From contig NIVC01000175.1 of assembly GCA_002269645.1 (NCBI GenBank), forward strand, positions 558,001-622,000: 64,000 nucleotides of DNA, in the 5' to 3' direction. Made by a program: the position numbers and the translations under genes. The stretch comes from Macrostomum lignano. Its lineage: Eukaryota. This document shows, piece after piece, positions 45,301-58,868 of the stretch (within the stretch, counting starts at the first letter, position 1; every line of letters begins with the position of its first letter). A model generated the notes under the pieces. That model was given only the letters and a program-made list of their open reading frames with translations. It ran no database searches and was not told the origin of the DNA.

Positions 45301-48300
45301 TAAATTTTTAGCGTACAGGCTCATTCCATATAAGATGGACATATTTGGAAAATAGAAAAAAGTCAATATTTTTGCTTGCCATTGCCTAATTAGCCTATTT
45401 TTTTACCAAATGTTTATATTGTGCAATATATACAATCTAAGAATAAAGGAATGGTAAAATGTTGGATTAGTATGTTATCAATTGGCAAAAAGTCATTTTT
45501 GTAAAAATTTGGACATTTTTCAAAGCAAAAGACATCATTAAGATTTTGTACCTTTTAAAAACAAATAGAAAGCTTTTGAAGGTTGAAACAAACTATAGAT
45601 AAAAGTATAGTACTTGCATCATCAGATAAAAGCATTAGTGACCAAATAATCTCTACCTATAAAAATCAAAACTCTGTGTGTGTGTGTGTGTGGACAATTT
45701 TGATCGCTATGGACTCCCAAACCGCTCAACCAAATTACACCAAACTTTACACCCACCCTAAACTTACTACGGAGAATGTCTTAGGCTACCTTTTATTTCC
45801 TAAATTTGAGTCTTCCTACCTAAAAGTGCAAAAAACTGCTCAAAATGCGCATTTTTTTCACTAAATCCTCCATAGCGCCGCTCCACTTCTACCGATTCTC
45901 TTCAAATTTGACACAGATAATCTTAAAATATTTTGGCACAATCATGTAAAATTTCGAGTCTCAAAGTTAATTCTGAGCGGTGCTGTGCACTTTTAAAATT
46001 AGGCTGTTTTTTTCAGCGTAGCAACCACCCCAACCTCCACCCGCCTGCCTCTCTTTCCCGATCTGGGCAAAGGGTGCAAATAGGTTTTTAAATGACTAAC
46101 TTTGGGCTGCCATAAGTTTGCTTCACGTGAAGCGATTAACTTCAAATTTGACACAATTCTTCATTAACTTATTCTCTGTCTAAATGTAAAGTCTCAACTC
46201 TGTATCTCAATCAGGACGGAAACTGTAAGCATGTGAAGTTTGTCTGCTTTTTCTGTTGTTTGTGCCTCTCACTCATTCCCCAGAGCCAGACGAAGGGTCA
46301 GGCGATAGGGCTGAATGTACATAGCAAATGTACAGTGTTTTGGAATTCCACCCCGAGAGTGGAGAGGCTACATTTAGCCATAACAGTTTAGTGAGAAATT
46401 CTAACCACTGCCCTCCCCTCTGTATTGGCAAACTCTGCAGCAGTTTAACAGTGGATGGCAATTGGCAATTGGCAAATCGAGGGAATTCACTAATACCACT
46501 ATCCAGCATGGTTTGTAAAAGCGAAAGATTTATGAAAAGGCGATGCCATGCAATGCAATACAACCCTACTAAATTAGGCACACCATGGAAATTTTAGGTT
46601 TCTTTCAAAGGTACTGTACTGTGTAAATATTAAATGGCCTTCTAAGAAATGCGTATTTCCTTGGTTGTTAGACTGATGCAGACTGCAGTGGAGCTGAAGA
46701 TACACAAATTCCTTTCAGGGCTGCAGCCTACAAATTGGCAAGAAAGATGACGTGATCAAAGCATGAGAACAACCATGAGAGTACTACGTCCCACAAACTG
46801 GCTTTCCAAGCAGGGATGGGCAGACTTTTACCTCAAAGGCCAGATAAAGAATCCAGCTCATAGCTGAGGGGCAGATGAAAGTGGAAAGAAGAAGGAATAG
46901 ACGATTCAAAGAGAGGAGAGGCGACAGAGGGGATAAAAGAAAAGATAAAAGATAAAAGGAGAGATGAGGGGGTGAGGACGATGAGAGAGAGGGGGAGAAG
47001 AGGGGAGAGAGGAAAAGCAAGAGGAGAGAGAGGAAAAGCAAGAGGAGAGAGTAGAGATGAGAGAGCAGAGAGCTGCAGATGAGAGGAGAGAGGAGACAGC
47101 AGAGAGAAGAGCAGAGAGGAAACAGGTGAAAGAAGAGATGAGAGAGTAAAGGGAAGAGAGAAGAGATAAAGATACATCTCTACATCTCTAAGGTTGTAGA
47201 GATGAGAGAGGTGGAAGGAGAGATGAGAAATGAGAGATGAGAGATAACGGAGAGAGGAAAGTGGAGTGAGAGAAGAGAGGGAGACAGAGTATAGAAAAGG
47301 GAAGAGAAGAGAAAAGAAGAAAGGAGAAAGGAAAGTGAGGAGTCAAAAGAGGGGAAAGAAAAGAGTACAGAGGAGAGAGGTGAGAGAACATATAAGACAG
47401 AGATGCCAGATTAAAGAGGGGGATGAGAGAGCAGAGACGAGAGTGAACAGATAAAAGATGGGAGAGTAAAAGGGTTTCAAAATTGAATAACTTTCAGCTA
47501 CCATAAGTTTGCTCCACGTAAAGCGATTGACTTCAAACTTGACACAATTCTTCATTGACCCATTCTCTATCTAAATGTAAAGTTTTAACTCTGTAACTCA
47601 ACCGAAAAAGAAACTGTAAGCATGTGAAGTTTGTCTGCTTTTTCTGTTGTTTGCCGCTCATCCAACTCATTCCCCCAGACGAAGGATCAGGCGATAGGGC
47701 TCAATGTACATAGCGAATGTACAGTGTTTTGGAATAACTTTTTAATAGCTTTCTCTGTACCCCCGCGAGTGGAGAGGCGTAGAGAGGAGAGAGTTTAGCG
47801 AGAGATTCAAACTACTGTCCTCTGTATAGACAAGTCGCAGCAGTTAAACAGGGATGGCAAATCAAGGCGATATGGGATGGTTTATAAAAATAGCGAAAAA
47901 TGAATGAATAACTGATTACAATGCAATCCTACTAAATTAGTTACACCATGAAAATTTTAACATTAAGATTCGCATAAGGTAACTTTAAAATTTAAATGGC
48001 CTCCTAAGAAATGCGTATTTCCTTGGTTGTTAGACTGCTGCAGACTGTGGTGGTGGAGCTGGAGAATGGAGATACACAAATTCCTCTCAGGGCTGCTAAT
48101 TGGCCAGAAAAATGACGTGATTAAAGCATGAGAAATGATAACAACCATGATAGTACTTTCGAAGCAGGGATTGGCAGATTTTTATCTCAAAGGCCAGATA
48201 AAGAATCCAGCTCATGGCTGCGGGCCAGATGAGAGTGAAAAGGAAAAGTGGTGAGGAGAGAGCAGAGAAGAAGGGAGGAAGAAGCGAGAGGAGGGGAGAA

Positions 48301-48977
48301 AGGAAGGAGAGGAAAGAGTAAAGGTGAGAAGAGGGGAGAGATGAGACAGAGGATCGATGAGAGAGTAGAGTAGAGAAGATTGAGAAGAGAGTAGAGATGA
48401 GAAAGCAGAAAAAAGATGACAGAGGGTCAAGAGGAGAGGAGAGATTAGAGAGGAGAGAGTAGAAAGGATAGAGAAGAGAGGAGATAAGAGGGGGATAGAG
48501 GAGTGAGAAGAGAAGAGATAGAGATAAGAGAGTGGTGAAAGAAGAGGGAAGAAAGGAGAGATGAGAGAGTAAAGGAAAGAGGAGGAGAGAGGAAAGAGAT
48601 GAGATTGTAGAGATGAGACAGATGAAAGAAGAGACGAGAGAAAAAGGTGAGAGGAGAGTGCAGAGAGATAAGAGAAGATAATAGAGGAGAGAGAGTATAG
48701 AAGAGGGAAGAGAAAAGAAGAAAGGAGTAAGGAAAGAGAGGAGTCAGAAGAGGTGAAAGAGAAGAGTACAGAGGAGATAAGTGAGAGAACGTATAAGAGA
48801 GTAAAGATGACAGATGAGAGAGCAGATGAACAGACGAGAGATGGGAGAGTAGAGAGAACAGAGGAGAGATAAGAGAGAAAAGATTACAGAGACTAGAGGA
48901 GGGAGGAGAGACAGGGAGAGAGAAGAGGAAATAGGAGAATGAAGAGGGGAGAGAGTAGAGAGAAGAGAGATGGGAGA

Positions 48978-49035
<58 letters not shown>

Positions 49036-52000
49036 CAGAGCAGAGAGTAACGAGAAGAGATAAGAGAGAAAAGATAAAACAAGAGAAAGGAGAGATGAAA
49101 GAGCGGACGAGAGAGAAGAGAGGTGAGGGAAGAGACGAGCGACGAGGGGAGAGAGAAGAGATAAAACAAGAAAAGAGATGAGAGGAAAGAGAGAGAGGAA
49201 AGAGGTGAGGGAAGAGACGAGAGAAGAGGGGAGAGAGGAGAGAGAGAGGAAAAAGTAGAGAGGAGAGATGAGAGAGTAGAGGAGAGAGTTAAGAGAAGAG
49301 AGAAAAGAATAGAGAGGACAAGGAAGAGACGAGAGAAGAGGGGGAGAGAGGAGAGAGGAGAGGAGAGAGAAAAGAAGAGGGAAGAGATGAGATAAGAGAT
49401 ATGAAAGAGAAGAAAGATGAGGTAATATACGAAAGAAGATGGGAGAGAGGAGAGAGGAGAGGAGAGAGAAAACGAAAGAGTAGAGAGGAGAGAGGAGAGC
49501 AGAGAGAAAACGAAAAGTAGAAAGGAGAGAGGAGAGGAGAGAGAAAAGAATAGGGAAGAGATGAGATAAGAGAGATGATCAGAGAGGAGTGATGAGGGAA
49601 GATACGAGAGAAGAGAGGAGAGAAGAGAGAGGAGAGACGAGAGACAAGGAATGAGAGAGAAGAAAGGAAACAGAGAGACGATAGAAATTTTAAAGGATCC
49701 AAGGGACATAGGAGAGTCAGGGAGAGGCCAGAGTTTGCCAATACATGTTTTAGAGTCAGAGACAGACATTGCCTGGCATTCTGTGGAGTACCCCAGCAAA
49801 CAATATCAACGTTTGCCTCAAACTCTAATTTTACACGAATGTGCTCCATTTTATGTCTACCTCTATCCTACTAACATTAATTTGTTTGTGTATGGTCTTA
49901 GATTTCAGAATACATGCAAAAGTAGTTCTGGGGATTGGAATTCCCCGGGTTCAAAATCCGCGGGTTTCAACAGCTTGTCTATTATATTTTTAATGTATTA
50001 GTACCTCAAAGTTACTGAATTGACAGAAAAAAATATGTTACAACCATAATGTTACGACCATAAGGCTGCCTTTTCTTTTGTATCTTTGTTGCCTTTTGAG
50101 TTTATATATTCTAATAAAAGAGTATGATTTCTAAAGATGTTCTTAGTCAAATTTTAAAAATGTATTGCAAAATATCAAAAATGAAAAATGTTATAAGACT
50201 TTTACCTTTTAGTTTCTATATGTCAAAAATCCTGTCGTTACAACCATAAGTGTCATTTAAGGTTTAATAGCATCTATACTAATGATGATATCTATATGAA
50301 ACTCTATAAATATATTCTAGACAAAATAATCTTTCATTTAAAATATTGGTTTAGTATATTGTATTATTAGACTTTTTTTATAAGTAAAAATAACCTGTCA
50401 TGTTACGACCATGCTTATATGGAATGAGCCTACAAGTTTTTTACTTGGCGTGTAACCTTGGCATGCAATTACAAACTGACAGTATATCAACAAGTCAGAT
50501 ATAGATGTATACACTATATATATACAATATATCAAGTTAAATGTGAACAATTGAATTTGAATATTGATTAAACCAACTAGTTGAGGCTACAGCCTAGCCT
50601 ACAGCTAGGCCTACACTCTACAGCCTACATTAAAATTAAAATATCCAATAACTTTTAAACGCTCTTATTTTGTGACTCTTGTAGACTTTTAGTTTATTTG
50701 TTTCTTGAAATGTGAAGAAAAAGTTTTTGATATTCACTATGTTCTTTGTAGCGAATTTCCTTTTTTTTATATAAACTTTGTTTAACGTAAGTATAAAATT
50801 TATTTAAAAATAGTATCTAATACGGTTAATATTCAAATCAAGAATGCAAATACATTGTCAACGTAGAATAAATAGTCTATTGACAATTTATTTTTTACAA
50901 TTTACTATAGGGTAAACAGACGGTATAACCACTTTTGGCATACAGGATTTTGGTATACACAATTTTCGGTGTACATGATTTTTGGTATTCAAGATTTTTG
51001 GCATGCAATAGAAACGTCATGTTAAGGGTTTTAAAAAATTGGCATACATTGGCGTGCACCAAGGATTTTTCCATAAATTGATTCCCGCATGCACTTGCCA
51101 CCTTCCTGACTATGGTATATAACTCTCAGTTAATTTCAGTTAACAATTGCAACTACCCTTCCCTAGAACTTGAGGACCTGGCTGTCGGAGTAAAACAGGA
51201 GAAAGTAATTTGTTGTGATTCTTCTGTGCAATTTTCTGGAACCATTTGTGCAAACTCAACGCCAGTAGCAATTCAAACGTGGAATCCACCTTACCTCACT
51301 GGTGTTAGCAACTAATTTTCAAATGAACCCATTCCAAAAAACTTTCTCTGCCTCTACCTTATACTGTAATATGCAATATATTAGCAAATGCTTTTATAGC
51401 TATTTAAAGTTCTACAAAATTTATGAAAATTTACCGTTTCAAAAACTGCATGTATGCAAGCTCAAAGAAATAGTGGCAATCTTCAAGTTTCATTCGTTAA
51501 ATTATTTTTTAAATGATTTCTGAACTATCTTGCTCTGAGATGATTATTTTCGAGCTCTCCAGTGTAGTGTACCCAGCCCTTTCCTAGCTGAGAAAGTAGC
51601 AGCTTTGTTAATATTAACCTTTAAGGTACCATAAAGCCAGAAATATAAGATGCAAACAAGCAAAGCTAACATGTAATGCTGAGTATAAACAGACAGAAAT
51701 AGTAACACAGTGGGGTACAACAAGGGCAGTAGTAGCAGTCCAGTTCAGTAGCAACAGTTTAGCATATAGAACTCAATGCTTAGACATTATAGTAATGTGC
51801 GATCCAATATAGGATGCTACTGGTACAATAAAAGTGGGTGCCGCTGGTCATCCTGCCATAGTGTATTAGTCTTATAGTGTATTAGCTGCTTGTCTATTAA
51901 CTGCTTATGATATTACTATTAAATTACTATTATTTACTATTAATATTAAAATGCCACGTCAGTGAAAGCCACGTCATCATTACGTTACCGTAATATGGGC

Positions 52001-52804
52001 CATAAACATTCCTTTGTCTACCAATAGCTTTATGGTACATTAGATATATAATATTAACAAAATTGCTGCTTTCTCAACTAGGAAAGGGCTGGGTACACTG
52101 GAGAGCTTGAAAATAATCATCTCAGAGCAAGATAGTTCAGAAATCATTGAAAAAATAATTTAACGAACAAAACTTGAAGATTGCCGAAATAGCTCATTAA
52201 AAATTGTTTTTTGACTAGGACCTAGGTTCAAAGCTAACCTATTCAAAAAGTTAGCTTTGAAACAATGAAAATTTTCTTTTAAGCTTATGATGTATCTATT
52301 ACAAAAGATTTGTTAAGAATTGAAAAAAGTATATTATATTATTATGTTTGCATATTAATGACTTTGTTTTTAGTTTAATGCTAGTAATAATAGTATAGTC
52401 CTATAGAAAGTACTTGTTTTATTTGTTTTAACAATATAAAAGCCTCTATTTTGTGAGAAAGGGCTTTTATAAGTCTTCTAGAAGTCTTTTTTATGAAAAA
52501 TATTATATAGTTTGTTTTTGTTATTATCTTAAACTTGATTTTTTACATTAAATGAATAATTATTTGGGGGCCAATATAAGCTCTAGTAACTTTATGATAT
52601 TTGATTTAATAAAGAGCACTTAGTTACACAAGCCATAACTAGAAATACCAATAAAATAAGCAGCATTGACTTATTCTAAGAGAGAAAGTATGAATGAAAT
52701 AAATTAATTAATAAGATTACTCACTTAGGGTCCTGTCTAACTGACTCGATTCTAGGGATCAAGGTTTCAACGACGCATTGGTTATTAACTTCTAGCAAAA
52801 TCAT
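39308..52804 (-). CDS. ARPC2: Actin-related protein 2/3 complex subunit 2 (p34-Arc), 305 aa, 4 exons
   Basis: Exons 52725-52804 (MILLEVNN), 42398-42491 ([14 protein letters not shown]), 41557-41846 ([25 protein letters not shown]) and 39308-39761 ([34 protein letters not shown]). The phases join into 918 nt of open frame. Confidence 0.97.
39990..41527. repeat. Compound minisatellite (33-bp unit switching to 24-bp unit) in ARPC2 intron 3
   Basis: CCATCCTTCAGGTTCTTCAGTGTGAGTGACACC (33 bp), followed by CCATCCTTCAGTGTGAGTGACACC (24 bp). Confidence 0.92.
43960..45035. repeat. Imperfect inverted repeat (~300-bp arms) in ARPC2 intron 1
   Basis: ~43965-44255 is the reverse complement of ~44690-45030 (TGCACCTTTTGTGCCTCCAATGCAC subrepeats). 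Confidence 0.75.
45193..51115. mobile_element. Large non-autonomous hAT-like TIR element (~5.9 kb) with nested repeats
   Basis: Termini CCATACTCAGGAAGGTGGC / GCCACCTTCCTGACTATGG with further inverted similarity inward. 8-bp TSD TATGTAAC (45185-45192) / TATATAAC (51116-51123). No transposase ORF. Confidence 0.72.
46085..49680. repeat. Tandem ~1.39-kb duplication, each unit ending in a GA-rich polypurine tract
   Basis: 46085-46890 aligns with 47470-48225. GA tracts at ~46905-47465 and ~48230-49680. Confidence 0.8.
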
Positions 52805-55300
52805 TTTGAGCTGAATGCTAAGCTATGCAGTTTCCTAAACTCCACAAAAAAAGAAGTTCAGTTATCGGTATATAAGATTATATATTCGACCTTACTAAAA
52901 TTGTTAGGAGTTCTTCTGCAGTTAAAAAACAGTGGTAGTAGATTTTTATAAAAAATCACTAAATTTACAACAAAAAATATTATTTAAAGACAGTTCTACT
53001 GTCGCAATAAGATTATTAAAATAAACATTGAATTTTTATTATAGTTGCTTTAACAAAAAAATAATCCCTAATGGTTTTGTTAAAATGCGTTAAACTTCAA
53101 ATTACTATGCCGAACAATGAGATTCCTCATTCTCAAGCGTTAATACTTTGTAAGATAGGCCGGTACATACTATACCAGCATACTTAAGTTTAAAAACGCA
53201 TCCTGAAACTTTACTTGTATGCGATTTTGCACTTTGTTTTGTTTCCTGTCATATGCCGAAAGACGAAGGACGAAGAAACCTCGTTTTCTTTAAAAATTTT
53301 AGGAGGCGGGTTTTCCTAAAAAAATACACTACGGAGATAGGAAGTTTTCATTTTTCGGCACAAAAGTTGTTAATGATTTCGATAGGAGGCAGGACCTAGA
53401 ATATTAATCTTTTGATTCGTCAGTGTATTTTGACGGAAAAACCGGCCTCCTACATGTAAAACTTTCTAAGAAACGAGGTTTCCCGTCCTACCTGATCGAG
53501 TAGTCCGATCATATATGTCCTGTCCTGTCAAATCGCATCCTGCCATTCCCCCAGATCCCGGCCGTTGAATACAAATCATGTGCCGGACAATTTGTCGTGT
53601 CTGTCCTGCATGGTTAAATGGCCCTGCAGTGGACTTTTCGAATAGCCACCTACTCATGCATAGCGATGCGCCTACTGCGAGTAAAAGTATGTGTTATTTA
53701 CAAGTAAAGTTTATACTGACTTTTCTAAGACAAAGAAAAGGTTGTCTAAAAGTTTATTTTTCGTAGACATCTTTAAGAATTATCCTACCAAAGTTGCCTT
53801 TTTTATTATTTTTGCCTAATAGACACATTAAAGAAATCTCAAGGAAAATTCAATATGACTTTTAGACCAAAATTTTTAGCAGGGTCGTCTGCCGGCCGTG
53901 TGCTAGTGAAGATGCTTCGGTGACAAAATTTTGACGACAGATTGCATGATAGGAGAGAGTTCTAGATTGAATTGTTATGGCAGACTCTTTATGTATCTAT
54001 CCAGCGAAAGATTCAAACACAACAAACAAAGCTTTGTTTCTTCAAAAAAATTTTCGACAGTTGTTTCAATTATGATCCTTGTGTCAATAGCTACAGTGTA
54101 TAGGCATTTGTTGACGAATGCACCTTAAATTATATATATTACATGTAGTTCTCCCAGGAGTACAACAACGTACAAATGGACATCGTCAAGTACATTTATA
54201 GTTGAGCAACTACTTTTACGCATAATTCATAAATTAGGGGGAGCTCAAAACTAAATGATCAAATGGAAAACCCCCTACTACAGTCTAGCACAAAAACCCG
54301 TCTCAAGACCTCATAATCGCACAATCTTAAATTCAATTAGTCCCCTCTTCATTTTATCACAAACCATAATAACTTCACAATCACTCAAAATGTTATTCAT
54401 GCAAACAGAGAATTTTTTACATGTAAAGTTACATGCATATATTGTGTATAATATAAATGTCAATTGAGTTTCATTAACGCGACTAAACCATCTTCTATAG
54501 CATAATCATGCAGTAGCTAAAAATGCATTGATGATTAAAGCAAAAAAAAATAAATGTAATGCGTAATGCGTTCTACGTCTGGCTTTAATTCGCGAGCTTA
54601 ACCATGCATGCAGAGCAAACAGCAGTGAGCAGGACCAAAATTTGCCACGCCAATTTGAGTCAATATCCATCTATTAATTACCTGTGTTTACCAGCTTAGC
54701 ATAGACGTCAATGTTCACGCTTACAGGTCGTACACTACTATATATCAATCAGCCAGCAACCAACTCTGCATCCAATATACTGTAAATTAATTACCTCGGG
54801 CACACGCAAAGCAGTTTAGAAAATTTTGCTAATGAAAACTAAATTTACAGTATAAACATATATATGTACATGTAATAATACATACAAATCAGCCGTTGCA
54901 TTAGTTAGGTTAACAGGATCTTAGCTATTTGAGCGCGTCAATCAAGCAAAGAACCGCGTCAGCACTAATGATCACTATTTGTTCTGCAAAAAACCCAGAA
55001 AACTTACCATGTATTCCACACAGGGATATATTCGCCAATGCAAATAGTAGCTCGATCGTATATTGTGGGAAAAATCAAGCCAATGTATTTATCTCAGTAT
55101 CATTTCTGAATCGACTGTCATGGGCAACTAAATTTGAAGGACGCTACATTCGATTTTGTTAGAAATGATCTGGGGGCCGTAGGGAACGTAAATATTTGGT
55201 ATACAGTATATAGTATAGCATTTAGTAAGTAGAACGTATATACGTGCAGTTAGCGGATTTAGCATGCTCTACAGCAGACATCGGCAAACTACCTCCAGGG

Positions 55301-55692
55301 CATGGATGAATGAATAGAATGGATTGCTATTCTGGCTCTGGCTATTTTCGTTTTTGACTCTTTTGCATCCGGTTCCCCCCCCGTGCCTTTTCATTGGGTG
55401 ATGATTGCCATAGACAATTTTCGGCCTTCGCCCCTTTCTTTCGATGCACAAGCGCTTTCGCTCGTGTTTTGAAATAAAGGGGGAAGACCTACAAGCACGA
55501 TTCGAGAGTCGATTCGTCTACAATAAAATCAGTTCTTTGCGCTTGTGCATCGAAAGAAAGGGGCGAAGGCCGAAAATTGTCTATGGCAATCATCAACCAA
55601 TGAAAAGGCACGGGGGGGAACCGGATGCAAAAGAGTCAAAAACGAAAATAGCCAGAGCCAGAATAGCAATCCATTCTATTCATTCATCCATG
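55301..55692. mobile_element. Foldback MITE with ~156-bp near-perfect TIRs
   Basis: 55301-55456 is the reverse complement of ~55538-55692. TSD CTCCAGGG / GTCCAGGG. Confidence 0.88.
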
Positions 55693-56083
55693 GTCCAGGG
55701 TCAGATAGAGAACCTACACCTATAGCGCTTGACTGCGGACCAGAGGAGAGGAAAGAAAAGAGAAGAGAGAGAAGATTAGAGAGAAGGGAAATGAGAAAAG
55801 AAAATCTAATCTCAGATATCTCAGGGCCAGATTGCTATTGTGAAGTTTCAAAAACCCGAGTGATAGAAAGGCTTTGCGAGCCGTGGCCTACGGGCCGGGG
55901 TTTCCCGACCCCTGCTCTATAGAGGAATCGAAAATCTGTTCGGAAATTTTCCTGAGGCCTGCCGTGCGATTCGTGCGCCCTATCAGGGCCAGTGTCGCAT
56001 GCCTGTGCGTTTGAGTTTAGCTCAGTTGAGTTTGCAGGTAGAATCGAGAAAGTAGAATTCTTTGTAATAAAACTGTCATATTA

Positions 56084-57063
56084 CGAGGGGTGTCCGGAAA
56101 ATAGTGTTACTTTTACTTGGAGCAGACGGTTGGTAAGTTGCATTGACACAAGTTTGGTGTCGTTTGAAAGCGGCAAGTTTCTTGTTTAAAATGATTTACA
56201 TGTAAGCTGCAATAGATTTGGATTGATATTTTAAGAGATATGTGCACTTAAGTAGAGGGAGATTGGTCATAGACTTACAAAATCTAGACACAAGCCTTCT
56301 GTACTGACGATCCAGCTTCATGTCCTCAGTGAGCCATCAGGGAACCCAACGGGCACTCAGCTTGACATGAATCATCTTCTGCAGACACTTCTAAACTGTG
56401 GACTTCGAGCAATCTGGTCTATCGTCTATTTCGCGGATGCTTTGGTGGCAGTCTTCATCAATCAAGTCGAGAATGGATCCGAGAACGAGGCCGCCGCTGG
56501 CATGGATCTCGGTCGTCCTGACCTTCAGTCGGTTCAGTTCCAGTTCATGTCAGTTCTTCCACCCCTGATCTCGTTCACCCACTGTTCACTGTCATCGTGC
56601 CGACGGAATGGTCTCCATGCGCAGTTCAGAGTTGCCATGAATATCAGCTGCTTTGCACCCGGAGCTCCAAAGTGTAAATATGGCATGTCGCTTCCCAGTC
56701 TGAATGCACGTCCATTTGCCGATTGATGGATCAAAATTTGAGCACAGTGAAGATTTTTCTACACAACTGGTTCAGCCGCATTCTTTTGAGAAAGCTTTTC
56801 ACTGTGCCACATTTGACCATAAAACAACTCATACATTAAAAAAATATCGATTGCCATTGAGCAGAAGGCTAATTTCAGCAGATACGCTTGTATTTGAGCT
56901 TCTGTAAGTCTATCACCAATCTCCCTCTACTTAAGTGCACTTATCTCTTAAAATATAAATCCAAATCGATCGCAGCTTAAGTCATTTTTGAGAAGAAACT
57001 TGCCACTTTCAAACAACACCAAACCTCCAAGCAAAAGTAACACTATTTTCCGGACACCCCTCG
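56084..57063 (-). mobile_element. Internally deleted mariner transposon
   Basis: Perfect 31-bp TIRs CGAGGGGTGTCCGGAAAATAGTGTTACTTTT flanked by TA. The minus-strand relic SIREI..SKSTV..KLSARWVP.WLTEDMK matches the mariner HTH/WVPHEL region; it contains stops. Confidence 0.9.
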
Positions 57064-57116
57064 TATAATCAAGAACTTCGTACTAGCGATGGCATGCATT
57101 TAATTCACTGATATTG

Positions 57117-58868
57117 TTAGACTTGCTCGACCACCAAAGTGGCGTCGAAGGTTTCAGCTTTGCAGCCGGAATTCGTATTGCCGCGCGTTCCACTTCTGGC
57201 CGGATCGTTCTTGTCCTCTTCGTCGTCGCCTGTCCGAGGCGCCACGGCTCCGGTCCCGACGGAACAGCAGCCGAGCAGGCAGTCGTGCAGCAGCTCGAGC
57301 ACCTCCAGCACAGTCAGCAGAGAGCAGCCCATGTAGAGGCCCAGAATGCCGCCAGCATCCGACACGAGGTTAGCCAACTCGTAGCTGCGCTCGATTGTGA
57401 CTGTCGGCCCCAAGGATTTTCCGGCTTTGACCTTGATTTGCATCAGCTGGTCCTGCATATAGTTGCTGGCGATCAGACTGCGTTCTGAAGTCCTGTTATC
57501 AAGAATCTCCGTAATGATAGACTCCAATTCAACATATCCGGGATGCGTTTCGTTAGATAAACGACCTCTATTGACTGTCATTAGGATGCTCCATAATGAT
57601 GCGACCTGATTAGAGGAAAAAATTCTAGGCCAGGTACCAGATGAATACGTGAAGGTGTAGCTCCATGTTTCGCAAGGACGTCTGTTTTTGCAGTATCTTT
57701 GAATTTTCCTCTGATCAAGCGATTCGTAAAAATAGTCATTTTCATTCAGAAATGTTTTATTTCTCTGATAGTTACTTTTGAATAGTGGTCCATTAGTGTT
57801 CAAGCATCCGAGGGCGCTTTCAAATCTTTTGCTTCTCGGCAGCAGGTGGTTCACGCAGCCGCTATGCTTCATCAACAACTCGTTTATTCTCTCAGAGCGG
57901 CAAAGGTACTGGCTGTACTGGTAAGCCGTCTCGGACCCGTTGTACGGACTAACAATCCTCATGGGCTCGAGATCAGAGAGGCACTGCATCCCCTTGGACA
58001 GTGTCAGCTTCTCCATCTCCAGGTTAATTGTGTACTCTTTTCCAGAGCTCAGCTGCAGAACTGAGTCAGGACTCGGGTAGTGACCTCGTTTAGCAAAGTA
58101 CAAGTTGACTCCACTCCAACCCTTCAAATTGATACCCCAGATAAGATCCCAGGTAAGAAAGTCGAAACCGGATTGCTTTTCCAAAGGCACCGGAGCGATA
58201 TCAATCGTCTTGGAAAACTTGATGAAGGTACCATCTACAAACAACATTATTTCCAGATAATTGTTCTCAATGCTCAGAGCTGCTCTCTGCTCATCTGTGG
58301 GCTCGAAGCGGACACAGTTAAGCTCGGACGGGCTGTAGAAGGTGCTGAAGTGAACCTTTTCTCGACCCATTCCATTGATTGCGGTTCGCATAACAAGCTG
58401 ATCGGCTCTGTGACCCAATCTGTCACTGAGCAGCCGATATGGCAAGGTTGCCATCAGAGATTGGGCAAATTTACGAGAAGCATGTTGATGAGATGGTATG
58501 CCAAAGAGTTCATTGGTTTTGTTCACATAGCTGTTGATTTCTGACACTTGTTGTGAGTCCTGCATGTAGGGATAACTTCCTGACACAATGTTCGTGCTGC
58601 AGATGACCAGGTCCGGGAACTCGAACTCCACCGAGTCCTCCTGCAGAGTGGTCGTCTGCGGCTTTTCATGGTACTTGTTCACAAAGACTTGCACCTGGAT
58701 GACAAAGATCGTCATGAATGAGGCGAAAACCAGAAGCCAAATTAGTTTGATGTAGATTGGTCGCTGACCAGAGAGTCTGCTCAAACCGTGAGCAGATGTG
58801 CTCGACAGCCAAGCTTGAAAAGGTAGCAGAATTGCTGCCTTGTGGACTGCGGTTGGTTTCTCTGTCAT
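57117..58868 (-). CDS. DEG/ENaC (ASIC-like) amiloride-sensitive channel subunit, 583 aa, intronless
   Basis: Pre-TM1 STSAHGL (HG motif), TM1, FPDLVICSTN, Cys-rich thumb, TM2 SDAGGILGLYMGCSLLTVLE with GxS filter. Confidence 0.93.
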   Translation of the reverse strand: MTEKPTAVHKAAILLPFQAWLSSTSAHGLSRLSGQRPIYIKLIWLLVFASFMTIFVIQVQVFVNKYHEKPQTTTLQEDSVEFEFPDLVICSTNIVSGSYPYMQDSQQVSEINSYVNKTNELFGIPSHQHASRKFAQSLMATLPYRLLSDRLGHRADQLVMRTAINGMGREKVHFSTFYSPSELNCVRFEPTDEQRAALSIENNYLEIMLFVDGTFIKFSKTIDIAPVPLEKQSGFDFLTWDLIWGINLKGWSGVNLYFAKRGHYPSPDSVLQLSSGKEYTINLEMEKLTLSKGMQCLSDLEPMRIVSPYNGSETAYQYSQYLCRSERINELLMKHSGCVNHLLPRSKRFESALGCLNTNGPLFKSNYQRNKTFLNENDYFYESLDQRKIQRYCKNRRPCETWSYTFTYSSGTWPRIFSSNQVASLWSILMTVNRGRLSNETHPGYVELESIITEILDNRTSERSLIASNYMQDQLMQIKVKAGKSLGPTVTIERSYELANLVSDAGGILGLYMGCSLLTVLEVLELLHDCLLGCCSVGTGAVAPRTGDDEEDKNDPARSGTRGNTNSGCKAETFDATLVVEQV

